Shown here one piece after another: positions 8,704 to 15,945 of a DNA stretch of 40,146 bases. The DNA is from a virus. Lineage: Duplodnaviria > Caudoviricetes. Numbering within the stretch: position 1 is the first letter of the stretch; every line of letters starts with the position of its first letter. The notes below the pieces were generated by a model. That model made no database searches and had not been told where the DNA came from. It worked only from the letters and a program-made list of their open reading frames with translations. Location of the stretch: IMG/VR virus record IMGVR_UViG_3300033076_000621, positions 1 through 40,146 of that record. One strand, written 5' to 3'. A program made the translations under genes and the position numbers.

Positions 8704-9236
8704 GCACAACAAATGAACAACGGTGCCGTAAATGCAGCGCTGACTGCACTGGGTACGCCTATTGGGTTGGGGCTTCAGGTCCTCTGTGCTCACAGTGCTC
8801 GATGGAGAAAATGCGGTTTTGCGCAACCCCGTATTCTGGGGAATCTATGCTTTTAGAGCGCATCACCAAACTCGAAGCCGAACTGGCCGAGGCGCGGCAA
8901 TGGAAGGACAAGTGGGAAACCTGCGAGAAGTGGCGCAAGTTTTACCAAGAGGCGAAGGGTAAGTTGTACGCCATGGGAGGAGAGGTTGCTGAGGCGTGCT
9001 GGAATCATATGCCGTGCAACGAAGCGCAAATAGACCAATGGTTTCGCGGGGAGTTTGTATACAAGGAGGCATATGACCGTGTAGGCGCCGAACTGGAGGC
9101 GGCGCGGAAGGACTCGGAGCGGCTGCGCTGGATATTGTGTAACTGCGAGCTTGTTCACGCTGGCAAATTGCGCAACGGTAAGCCGGTGTATTTGGAAAGC
9201 CTTGAAGAGTTAGACGCCGCCCGAGGTGCAAAATGA
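8700..9236 (+). CDS. hypothetical protein with N-terminal Zn finger
   Basis: ATGA overlap; CRKC...CSQC. Confidence 0.65.
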   Translation: MSTTNEQRCRKCSADCTGYAYWVGASGPLCSQCSMEKMRFCATPYSGESMLLERITKLEAELAEARQWKDKWETCEKWRKFYQEAKGKLYAMGGEVAEACWNHMPCNEAQIDQWFRGEFVYKEAYDRVGAELEAARKDSERLRWILCNCELVHAGKLRNGKPVYLESLEELDAARGAK

Positions 9237-9706
9237 GCTGCACAAAATGCCACAATGAACCGCAGAAGCGCAACAGCCGCAAAGGGCTGTGCGCGACCTG
9301 CACCAAGGAGGATGACGCCGAAAAGGCGCGGAAGCGTGCCGCGGCGCAGGCCAAGCGGCTGAAGGCCCAGCGCAACCCGGCGCAGTGTCGCTGCGGGTGT
9401 GGTGAGGATTGCCGAACGGGAGCCACCTACGCCACCAAGGCCCATCGCATCGAACACACTCGCCGGCTGAAGGCCGAGGCCAAGGCGCACCGCCAGACGC
9501 CCAGGCCACCAAAGCCAGAGCGCCACCAGAAGATGCAAACGATGCCAGTGGCGGCGTCAAAGCGAATGTTTGAGGCACATCCCATCACCGACATCCAACC
9601 GACGCCAGGAACCGAGGTACGCAAGCTGGCCAACCCGTTCTGGCGGCCGAGCCTGCGCAACCTATTCGGCGACGACAACGGGCAAACTTGGAACGCGGCT
9701 GATTGA
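9233..9706 (+). CDS. basic Cys-rich hypothetical protein
   Basis: ATGA overlap; CTKC, CATC, CRCGCG. Confidence 0.7.
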   Translation: MSCTKCHNEPQKRNSRKGLCATCTKEDDAEKARKRAAAQAKRLKAQRNPAQCRCGCGEDCRTGATYATKAHRIEHTRRLKAEAKAHRQTPRPPKPERHQKMQTMPVAASKRMFEAHPITDIQPTPGTEVRKLANPFWRPSLRNLFGDDNGQTWNAAD

Positions 9707-9952
9707 CTTCGCGCGGCGGGCGGCAACCATCTTTGCCGCCCTTTCTGCCCGTTGTTCTGGTGTTGCTGATCCCATGCCTTTGGTTGGCCGACGCACTGAT
9801 CCTCCTTTGCGCCCTAATTCCGATGCATTATTTCGGTTGAATGGGAATTTCCCAGTCCTCAGGTAATAGATTGCATGAAGTAACGTGTCAACGTGTTTTC
9901 CAGGGATCGTTTCATCGATGGCTTTAACAATCACTTCGATAGGGTCCAGCAT
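9662..9952 (-). CDS. KGG-motif small basic protein
   Basis: AGGAG RBS; ASELGRKGGS...TPEQRAERAAKMVAARR. Confidence 0.7.
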   Translation of the reverse strand: MLDPIEVIVKAIDETIPGKHVDTLLHAIYYLRTGKFPFNRNNASELGRKGGSVRRPTKGMGSATPEQRAERAAKMVAARRAKSISRVPSLPVVVAE

Positions 9953-10006
9953 CTTTCATCTCCTTTACGGGCTTTACGCCGCCCGCTGGCGTTGGGGTGT
10001 GGTGGG

Positions 10007-10366
10007 TTACGCGACGGGAGCGCCGTCGTACATCAGTTCGACGTCATCGTCGGCTTCGTTGGCAGCGTTAAAGGCAGCGACCTCGGCCAGATACACGGGC
10101 AAGGATTCGGGGTTGCCGATACGGAGCGCTTCATAAAACGCGATGCGGTCAACGATCAGGGCTTTTCGGCTGGCGTCGGCTTGGTTGACCTTAGCGCCGA
10201 AGCAGTTGGCGGCGTCATCGAAGGTCAGGTAAATGCGGTCGCGCTTACCCATTTCGACGTACAGTCTGGTTTCCGTCGCGCCGAACCACCATTTAGCGGT
10301 GCAGTTGCGGGCGTTGATGGCGGCGGCGAGTTGCTGTTGCTTTTCGGTTTGTTGTGCGCTGTTCAT
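10007..10366 (-). CDS. hypothetical protein, probably leaderless
   Basis: ATG 6 nt after -10 hexamer; 119 aa with acidic C-terminus. Confidence 0.75.
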   Translation of the reverse strand: MNSAQQTEKQQQLAAAINARNCTAKWWFGATETRLYVEMGKRDRIYLTFDDAANCFGAKVNQADASRKALIVDRIAFYEALRIGNPESLPVYLAEVAAFNAANEADDDVELMYDGAPVA

Positions 10367-10372
10367 GATCTA

Positions 10373-10401
10373 AATATAACAGTAACCGCTAACTGTTGCA
10401 A
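10373..10401 (-). promoter_or_regulatory. leftward promoter with overlapping palindromic operator
   Basis: TTGCAA, 17-nt spacer ending TGt, TATATT; imperfect palindrome AACAGTAACCGCTAACTGTT at 10378-10397. Confidence 0.8.
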
Positions 10402-10415
10402 GAGAAAAGTGGATC

Positions 10416-10443
10416 TTGACAAAAAAAAGATCATCCGTAGAAT
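10416..10443 (+). promoter_or_regulatory. rightward promoter for the packaging genes
   Basis: TTGACA, 16-nt spacer, TAGAAT. Confidence 0.8.
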
Positions 10444-10606
10444 TGGGGAGGGGGGTAGGGGGGCGGGGAGCGCGATGGCCGCGAGCGCTTCTTCTTCCGC
10501 GAGCATAGCGATGCGGACATTATTGAGCAGTGAAACCTCGCACAACAAGAACTTCGGACCCGGCAAGCGTTCCAACGCGCGCCGGACTACGGATATGCAG
10601 GAGGCT

Positions 10607-10777
10607 ATGATGCAGCAGCAGAACGTGGAACGGGACCAGCGCACGGCGGAGTTGATTGGCGCCATTGTGGGCAAGCGGTTTCCGATGTTGGACGAATATC
10701 GAGCCAACGTGGCCAAGGTTCAGGCCGAGAAAGCCAGCCGCGACCGCGCCTACCAGGACGACATGAGGCGGGGATGA
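10607..10777 (+). CDS. hypothetical protein
   Basis: AGGAGG RBS; 3' end of ORF 9893..10777. Confidence 0.65.
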   Translation: MMQQQNVERDQRTAELIGAIVGKRFPMLDEYRANVAKVQAEKASRDRAYQDDMRRG

Positions 10778-10875
10778 TCGACCAACGCGAGCAGATTGAC
10801 GAATACACCGGGCAAGTGCCCCCAGTTGCGCCAAACGCTTGAAAGCGCTAAATTTGCGGTAGAGATACGAAAAGC

Positions 10876-11289
10876 ATGGCAAGGCAGGTCGGAACACCTA
10901 ATAAACGCACCCAGGAGACGGCTGAAAAGCTGGCGCGTCTGGGCTGCGATCCGATCACCGGAATGGCCCACATCGCCATGAACCAACTGCCGTGCGGGGT
11001 GTGTCGGGGCGAACTTAAGACGCGGTACAAGCTGCTGCCCGGTGACCACAGCAAGGAATGCAACACGCAGGGCGCAGGAGCAGGCGCTGATTGTATTTGC
11101 GACGGCATCGGTACTCGTACATGTATGAGTTGCTACGGGAGCGGCTGGGAAGCGTGCTCGCCCGAGCTTCGCGGCAAGATGTACGCCGAAATCGCGCAGT
11201 ATGTGCTGCCGAAGCGGAAGGCCATCGAGCATTCCGGCGTGGATGGCGACGACATCGGCGTGCGGCTGGTAGTGGAGTTCAAGGAGTAG
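10876..11289 (+). CDS. terS: terminase small subunit with Cys-rich insertion
   Basis: RQVGTPNKRT N-terminus, AQYVLPKRKAIEHSG C-terminus; upstream of terL. Confidence 0.75.
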   Translation: MARQVGTPNKRTQETAEKLARLGCDPITGMAHIAMNQLPCGVCRGELKTRYKLLPGDHSKECNTQGAGAGADCICDGIGTRTCMSCYGSGWEACSPELRGKMYAEIAQYVLPKRKAIEHSGVDGDDIGVRLVVEFKE

Positions 11290-11291
11290 GC

Positions 11292-11456
11292 ATGTTTGAC
11301 CGCATCATTTTCAACGCAGGCGAGTGCAGTATTTGCCAACAGCGTTCCGACACGCAATTTGACGCTGGCGACGGATGCTCGTACATGGTCCCGATTTGCT
11401 TGGAATGCCTGCAACGGGCAGTGGAAGAAATCAAAAGTGTGGAGGCGGTGGTATGA
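11292..11456 (+). CDS. small Zn-finger protein
   Basis: AAGGAG RBS; CSIC...ICLECL. Confidence 0.65.
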   Translation: MFDRIIFNAGECSICQQRSDTQFDAGDGCSYMVPICLECLQRAVEEIKSVEAVV

Positions 11457-11626
11457 AAGTGATCATTGCGTTGTTGGTGATTGCGCTGGGCCTCATGGCC
11501 GCAGTAGCCGAGCGGTACAAGCAGCAGGCGGAAGAGGCCAAGCGGGACCACCAGGCCGAGTACGAGATGCGCGTGGCCTTGGACGCCATCCTGAGCGACT
11601 ACCGGGCGTCCTGTTCTGAGAGGTAG
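11453..11626 (+). CDS. small N-terminally membrane-anchored helical protein
   Basis: GGAGG RBS; MKVIIALLVIALGLMAAV followed by charged helix. Confidence 0.65.
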   Translation: MKVIIALLVIALGLMAAVAERYKQQAEEAKRDHQAEYEMRVALDAILSDYRASCSER

Positions 11627-11628
11627 CC

Positions 11629-11805
11629 ATGGAAAAGCCATACGTTGTTCTACATTCCAATGACATCGAATCTCTTGAACAGGAAGTAGCTGAAGCTCTA
11701 GCAAGCGGATATCGGCTATGCGGTGGCGTTGGCGTGGCGGTATTCGCTGCAACCAAGTTTGACGAAGAGTCATACGGTTTCTATCAGGCCGTCTATAAGC
11801 CGTGA
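11629..11805 (+). CDS. DUF1737-like small protein (58 aa, not in ORF track)
   Basis: MEKPYVVLHSNDIESLEQEVAEALASGYRLCGGVGV...FYQAVYKP; stop overlaps terL GTG. Confidence 0.7.
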   Translation: MEKPYVVLHSNDIESLEQEVAEALASGYRLCGGVGVAVFAATKFDEESYGFYQAVYKP

Positions 11806-13097
11806 CCACCAAGCGCATCCAGCTTCCACCGTGGGCCAAGATGCTGTTCCAGCCGGCGCGGTACAAGGTGGCCTACGGTGGGCGCGGGAGCGGCAAGAGC
11901 TGGTCATTTGCGCAGGCTCTACTGTTGGAAGGGGTGCGGCGCCCGCTGCGCGTTTTGTGCGCACGCGAAACCATGCAGTCAATGCGGGATTCAGTGCATC
12001 GGACCCTGAGCGATGCCATCGACCGTATGCACCTCAACGCGCACTACACGGTGCAGCAGGCCACCATCACCGGGAAGAACGGCACCGAGTTTATCTTTGC
12101 TGGCCTCTTGCACAACGTCAGCAACATCAAGTCGGCCGAGGGCATCGACGTGGTTTGGGTGGAAGAGGCGCAAACGGTGAGCGCGGATTCATGGGACACA
12201 CTGATCCCGACCATTCGCAAGGATGGCAGCGAAATCTGGATCGGATTCAACCCGCGGCTGGCGACTGACCCAACGTACAAACGATTCGTGGTGGACCCGC
12301 CAGCCAACGCCATCGTGCGCAAGGTGAACCCAGAGGATAACCCTTGGTTCCCGGAGGTGCTGCGGATCGAGATGGAGGAGGACAAGCGGCGGGACTACGC
12401 CAAGTATCTGCACATCTGGATGGGCGAGTGCACCACGGCCGTCGAGGGCGCCGTCTACGGCGACGAGATGTCGGCCGCGCTGAACGAAGGACGCATCACC
12501 CGCGTGAGCATCGACCGGACCCGCGCCGTTGATACCTTTTGGGATTTGGGTTTTGGTGATTCCACTGCTATCTGGTTTGCGCAGGCCTTGCCAGGCGGCA
12601 CGTATCACATCGTGGATTACCTGGAGTCGAGCGGCAAGCCGATTTCGTGGTACCTGATCGAGCTTCAAAAGAAGGGCTACCTCTACGGCACCGACTGGCT
12701 CCCGCATGACGGGGTGGACGCCATCATTCACAAGAAGTTGAGCAGCGGTGACCGCTCGCGGTCCATCGAGCAGATCATGCGGGCCAGTGGCCGGCGGGTT
12801 CGCATAGCTCCCAAGCTGAACATCACCACCGGCATCAACGCCGTGCGCTCCATCCTGCCGAACTGCCGGTTCGATGAAGAGCGCTGCGGCCGAGGGCTCG
12901 ACTGCCTCCGCATGTACCAGTGGGGCGCGAAGTCAAAGACTGGCGTGGAGAGGTCAGAGCCACTACACGACGAATACAGCCACGGCGCCGACGCGCTGCG
13001 CACGCTGGCCACCTCCATCAAGACGCCAACCATCATCCGCGAGGAAAACGTGTTTTCTGGCAACCAGAACTACTCTCCTGATGCTTGGATGGCGTAA
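11802..13097 (+). CDS. terL: terminase large subunit (PBSX/Terminase_3 type)
   Basis: YGGRGSGKS Walker A, WVEEA Walker B, FNP, WDLG, LPHD, SHGADA. Confidence 0.97.
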   Translation: MTTKRIQLPPWAKMLFQPARYKVAYGGRGSGKSWSFAQALLLEGVRRPLRVLCARETMQSMRDSVHRTLSDAIDRMHLNAHYTVQQATITGKNGTEFIFAGLLHNVSNIKSAEGIDVVWVEEAQTVSADSWDTLIPTIRKDGSEIWIGFNPRLATDPTYKRFVVDPPANAIVRKVNPEDNPWFPEVLRIEMEEDKRRDYAKYLHIWMGECTTAVEGAVYGDEMSAALNEGRITRVSIDRTRAVDTFWDLGFGDSTAIWFAQALPGGTYHIVDYLESSGKPISWYLIELQKKGYLYGTDWLPHDGVDAIIHKKLSSGDRSRSIEQIMRASGRRVRIAPKLNITTGINAVRSILPNCRFDEERCGRGLDCLRMYQWGAKSKTGVERSEPLHDEYSHGADALRTLATSIKTPTIIREENVFSGNQNYSPDAWMA

Positions 13098-13124
13098 AAT
13101 ATGCGAAAAAGTCTCAAAAATGCG

Positions 13125-13133
13125 TGATATAGT
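13125..13133 (+). promoter_or_regulatory. extended -10 promoter, leaderless
   Basis: TGaTATAGT; ATG 6 nt downstream. Confidence 0.6.
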
Positions 13134-13139
13134 GGCGTC

Positions 13140-13328
13140 ATGCCGCTGAACTGCCGAAATGCACTCGTTTTCTCGCTACTTGCGCTGTCATCCTGCGCCC
13201 GCCAAATGCCGCAGCACGCCGCCCCTCAGTCGTTCACGCGCTGCATCCAGACCACGCCGCCAGAGTGCGTTGCGTCGTCGGACGGACTCAATTGGGAGCC
13301 CGTCAAGAGCGTGGCGGTGACGCGGTGA
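13140..13328 (+). CDS. small lipoprotein
   Basis: ALVFSLLALSS-C lipobox; further Cys pair in mature part. Confidence 0.7.
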   Translation: MPLNCRNALVFSLLALSSCARQMPQHAAPQSFTRCIQTTPPECVASSDGLNWEPVKSVAVTR

Positions 13329-13702
13329 GCGACTACACCATCGACGGCTACTTGTGCGCAGCCGACGCCACCATAGATCAGGTGCACCCGCGCAAGGACA
13401 TACTGCTGGTGCGGCGCATCCCAGACGAGGAGATCACGGCCAGCGGCCTGGTGGTCCCAGGCATTGCGCGTGATCCCAAGCAGGGCGTGCGCATCGGAGA
13501 GGTGCTGAAGTGCGGGCCGGGGGATACGGTTGGGCAATTCGCCACGCTGGCCGACGGTCAACGACTGGTTGAAACCATCCCCATGGAGTGCAAGCCCGGA
13601 GACCGCATTCTTTACCACCGCTGCCCCGACAATGATGTCAACATCGGCGGCATCGACTGCGTGTTGCTGCGGGAAGAGCAGCACGTTCTGGCGATTCTGT
13701 GA
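13325..13702 (+). CDS. groES: GroES/Cpn10-like co-chaperonin
   Basis: P..D.LLVRR, TASGLVVP mobile loop, GEVLKCGPG, CKPGDRIL, LLREE..LAIL. Confidence 0.9.
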   Translation: MSDYTIDGYLCAADATIDQVHPRKDILLVRRIPDEEITASGLVVPGIARDPKQGVRIGEVLKCGPGDTVGQFATLADGQRLVETIPMECKPGDRILYHRCPDNDVNIGGIDCVLLREEQHVLAIL

Positions 13703-13747
13703 TACGATAGACCAAACGCTGTTCGTTATCTCCTTCAATCCCAAGAG

Positions 13748-13774
13748 AGGCCCCGTGGTGCAGCGGGGCCTTTT
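13748..13774 (+). terminator. intrinsic terminator after groES
   Basis: AGGCCCCG-N8-CGGGGCCT-TTT. Confidence 0.7.
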
Positions 13775-13792
13775 CGCGTGATCCGTACAAAG

Positions 13793-13844
13793 TTTAGACG
13801 TCTAAAAATTGAACGTTCAAAATTTAGACACTTTGTGCTATCCT
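13793..13844 (+). promoter_or_regulatory. portal promoter with tandem palindromic operators
   Basis: TTTAGACGTCTAAA, TTGAACGTTCAA and half-site TTTAGAC at 15-bp period; TTCAAA-17-TATCCT with TG extension; ATG 7 nt downstream. Confidence 0.7.
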
Positions 13845-13851
13845 TCCCTCG

Positions 13852-15945
13852 ATGGCTTATGCCGAACGCCAAGCCGGGGATAAAAAGCTGATCCAGCAGG
13901 CGCGTGAGCGTTTTCGGATAGCGAAAGAGGCGTCGGCAGACCAGCGCAAAGACTTCAAAGAGTCCATGCGGATGACGTTCGGGGAGCAATGGGACAACGC
14001 CACCAAGACCGCCCGCGTGAAGGCAGGACGGCCAGCGCTGTCGTTCCCGGTGCTGCACACCTACGTTCAGCGCATCACGAACCAAGCTCGCAAGGAGCGC
14101 CCGCAGCCCAAGGTGAACGCCGTGGGCGAGGGGGCCAGCCAGCAGGTGGCCGACGTGTACGAGGGCCTGTTCCGGCACGTTCACACCGCCTCAAATGCCG
14201 ACGTGGCCTATGACGGAGCGGTAGAGTCTGCGGCGGCCGGCGGTTGGGGCTACTACGAGTTCACCACCGAATACGTGGATGACGAGAGCTTCGACCAGGA
14301 GCCACGCATTCGGCGCGTGTTGGACCCTCTGAGCGTCTATTTTGACCCGCACGCTCTTGAACCGGACTACTCGGACGGCAAATACTACTTCAAGCTGCGG
14401 CGGATGTCGAAGGACACGTTCAAGGCTGAGTTTGGCGTTGAACCGGAATCCGATTGGGACGACGAGGACGCGCGGCAGGACTGGACGGACGGGGAAGACG
14501 TCTTTGTGGCGGAATACTGCTACGTTGAAGAGTCGCCCCGCACGCTGGAACAAATCGGGCCGCTGGGGGAGGTGATCGCCACACGGACGGTGATTGACCG
14601 GACCATCAAGAAGTGCATTATTGACGGCTCCCGCGTGCTGGAGCGCACGACTTGGCTGGGCAAGTGGCTGCCGATGGTCCCGGTTCTCGGGAAGGAAGTG
14701 GTGGTCGAGGAGAAGCGCCGGCTGTTCAGCGCGGTGCATTTCTCGCTGGACTCCCAGAAGCTCATCAACGCCACCGGTTCGGGTATCGCCGAACAGCTTC
14801 AACTGGCCAGCCGCGCTCCGTGGGTAGGCGCCAAAGGTTCGATGAAGGACAAGCGATGGGACGACAATACCCAGAACTTTTCCAAACTCGAATACGAACC
14901 GTTTGATGAGAATGGAATGCCGCTGCCGCCCCCGCAGCGCAACGCCTATGAGGCTCCCATCCAAGCGCTGACCCAAGCGAAGATGGTCTACACCGACGAC
15001 ATTCGGAAGTCGATTGGCTATGTGGACGGCGTGGTGAACCCGTCGCAGTCGGATCTGTCCGGTATCGCAGTGAAGCGCCGGGACGCCCAGAGCGACCTCG
15101 CAAACTTCCACTTCGAGGACAATCTGGTGCGCAGCCAGTGGCACGGTGGCCGCATCCTCCTCGACCTCCTCCAGAAGTACATCGACACGCCCCGCGCCAT
15201 GCGCATCCTGGCGCCGGATGGCACGGTATCCATGCAGGCGGTGACGATGGCGATGGATGGCGGCGTTGTTCCGGTCGTGCAGGGCTTCGAAGGCAAGCCG
15301 CATATCCGTATGGACGTCGGGAAATACGATGTGACCATCAGCACCGGTCCCGGGTACGCTTCGCGACTTGAATCCGAAATCGACGTGTTGTTGAAGTCTT
15401 TCGCCGCTGACCCGCAACTGTGGGGCATCGCTGGCGACTTGCTTTTCAAGGCCATGGGATACCCCGACCTGGAAGCCCGCCTCCGCATGGCCCTTCCGCC
15501 GCAGATTCAGGAAGCCTTGGCCAGCAAAGAGGCCAACATCAGCCCCGAAGCGCAGGCGAAGATCATGCAGTTGGCTCAACAGAATCAGGCGCTACAACAG
15601 CAGATGCAGCAGCTTGTGGCCGCTCTCCAGAAGCTCATGATGGAGCGCGAAGCGAAGATTATCGAAGGCCAAACCAAGGTTCTAACCACGCAGATGACCA
15701 ACGAATCGCGGGAGAAGATCGCCGCCGCGGACAACGTGACCGATGTTGCCGTGCAGGACCGCAAACACGGCCACGAATCAGCGCGGATGCTGTACGAGAA
15801 CGATCAGGAGATGACGCGGCAGATACGCCAGCTCCTCCATGAAGCAACCGAAACCCTCGCAGGCCACGGGCTTGAGCGGGAAAAGATGGCGACTCAGGCC
15901 CAATTTACCCTCATGAAGCCGACGCCGACGAAAGGTGTTAACTGA
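13852..15945 (+). CDS. portal protein, P22 gp1-like
   Basis: GEQW...GRPAL, YFDP, P.VPVLG, SGIAVKRR, GKYDVTISTGPGY and Gln-rich C-terminal helix; position after terL. Confidence 0.93.
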   Translation: MAYAERQAGDKKLIQQARERFRIAKEASADQRKDFKESMRMTFGEQWDNATKTARVKAGRPALSFPVLHTYVQRITNQARKERPQPKVNAVGEGASQQVADVYEGLFRHVHTASNADVAYDGAVESAAAGGWGYYEFTTEYVDDESFDQEPRIRRVLDPLSVYFDPHALEPDYSDGKYYFKLRRMSKDTFKAEFGVEPESDWDDEDARQDWTDGEDVFVAEYCYVEESPRTLEQIGPLGEVIATRTVIDRTIKKCIIDGSRVLERTTWLGKWLPMVPVLGKEVVVEEKRRLFSAVHFSLDSQKLINATGSGIAEQLQLASRAPWVGAKGSMKDKRWDDNTQNFSKLEYEPFDENGMPLPPPQRNAYEAPIQALTQAKMVYTDDIRKSIGYVDGVVNPSQSDLSGIAVKRRDAQSDLANFHFEDNLVRSQWHGGRILLDLLQKYIDTPRAMRILAPDGTVSMQAVTMAMDGGVVPVVQGFEGKPHIRMDVGKYDVTISTGPGYASRLESEIDVLLKSFAADPQLWGIAGDLLFKAMGYPDLEARLRMALPPQIQEALASKEANISPEAQAKIMQLAQQNQALQQQMQQLVAALQKLMMEREAKIIEGQTKVLTTQMTNESREKIAAADNVTDVAVQDRKHGHESARMLYENDQEMTRQIRQLLHEATETLAGHGLEREKMATQAQFTLMKPTPTKGVN

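Noticed and set aside
9893-10606. 294-aa ORF 9893..10777 as a full gene
   Set aside because: 5' part is the antisense shadow of 10007..10366 and crosses two promoters; only the RBS-led part from 10607 is credible
13809-13820. LexA/SOS box
   Set aside because: GAAC and GTTC are adjacent with no spacer, matching neither GAAC-N4-GTTC nor GTTC-N7-GTTC
14191-15579. Long minus-strand ORFs opposite portal and other structural genes (also 23084..24418, 25870..26841, 31071..32015)
   Set aside because: Typical stop-poor shadows of high-GC3 genes with no recognisable motifs
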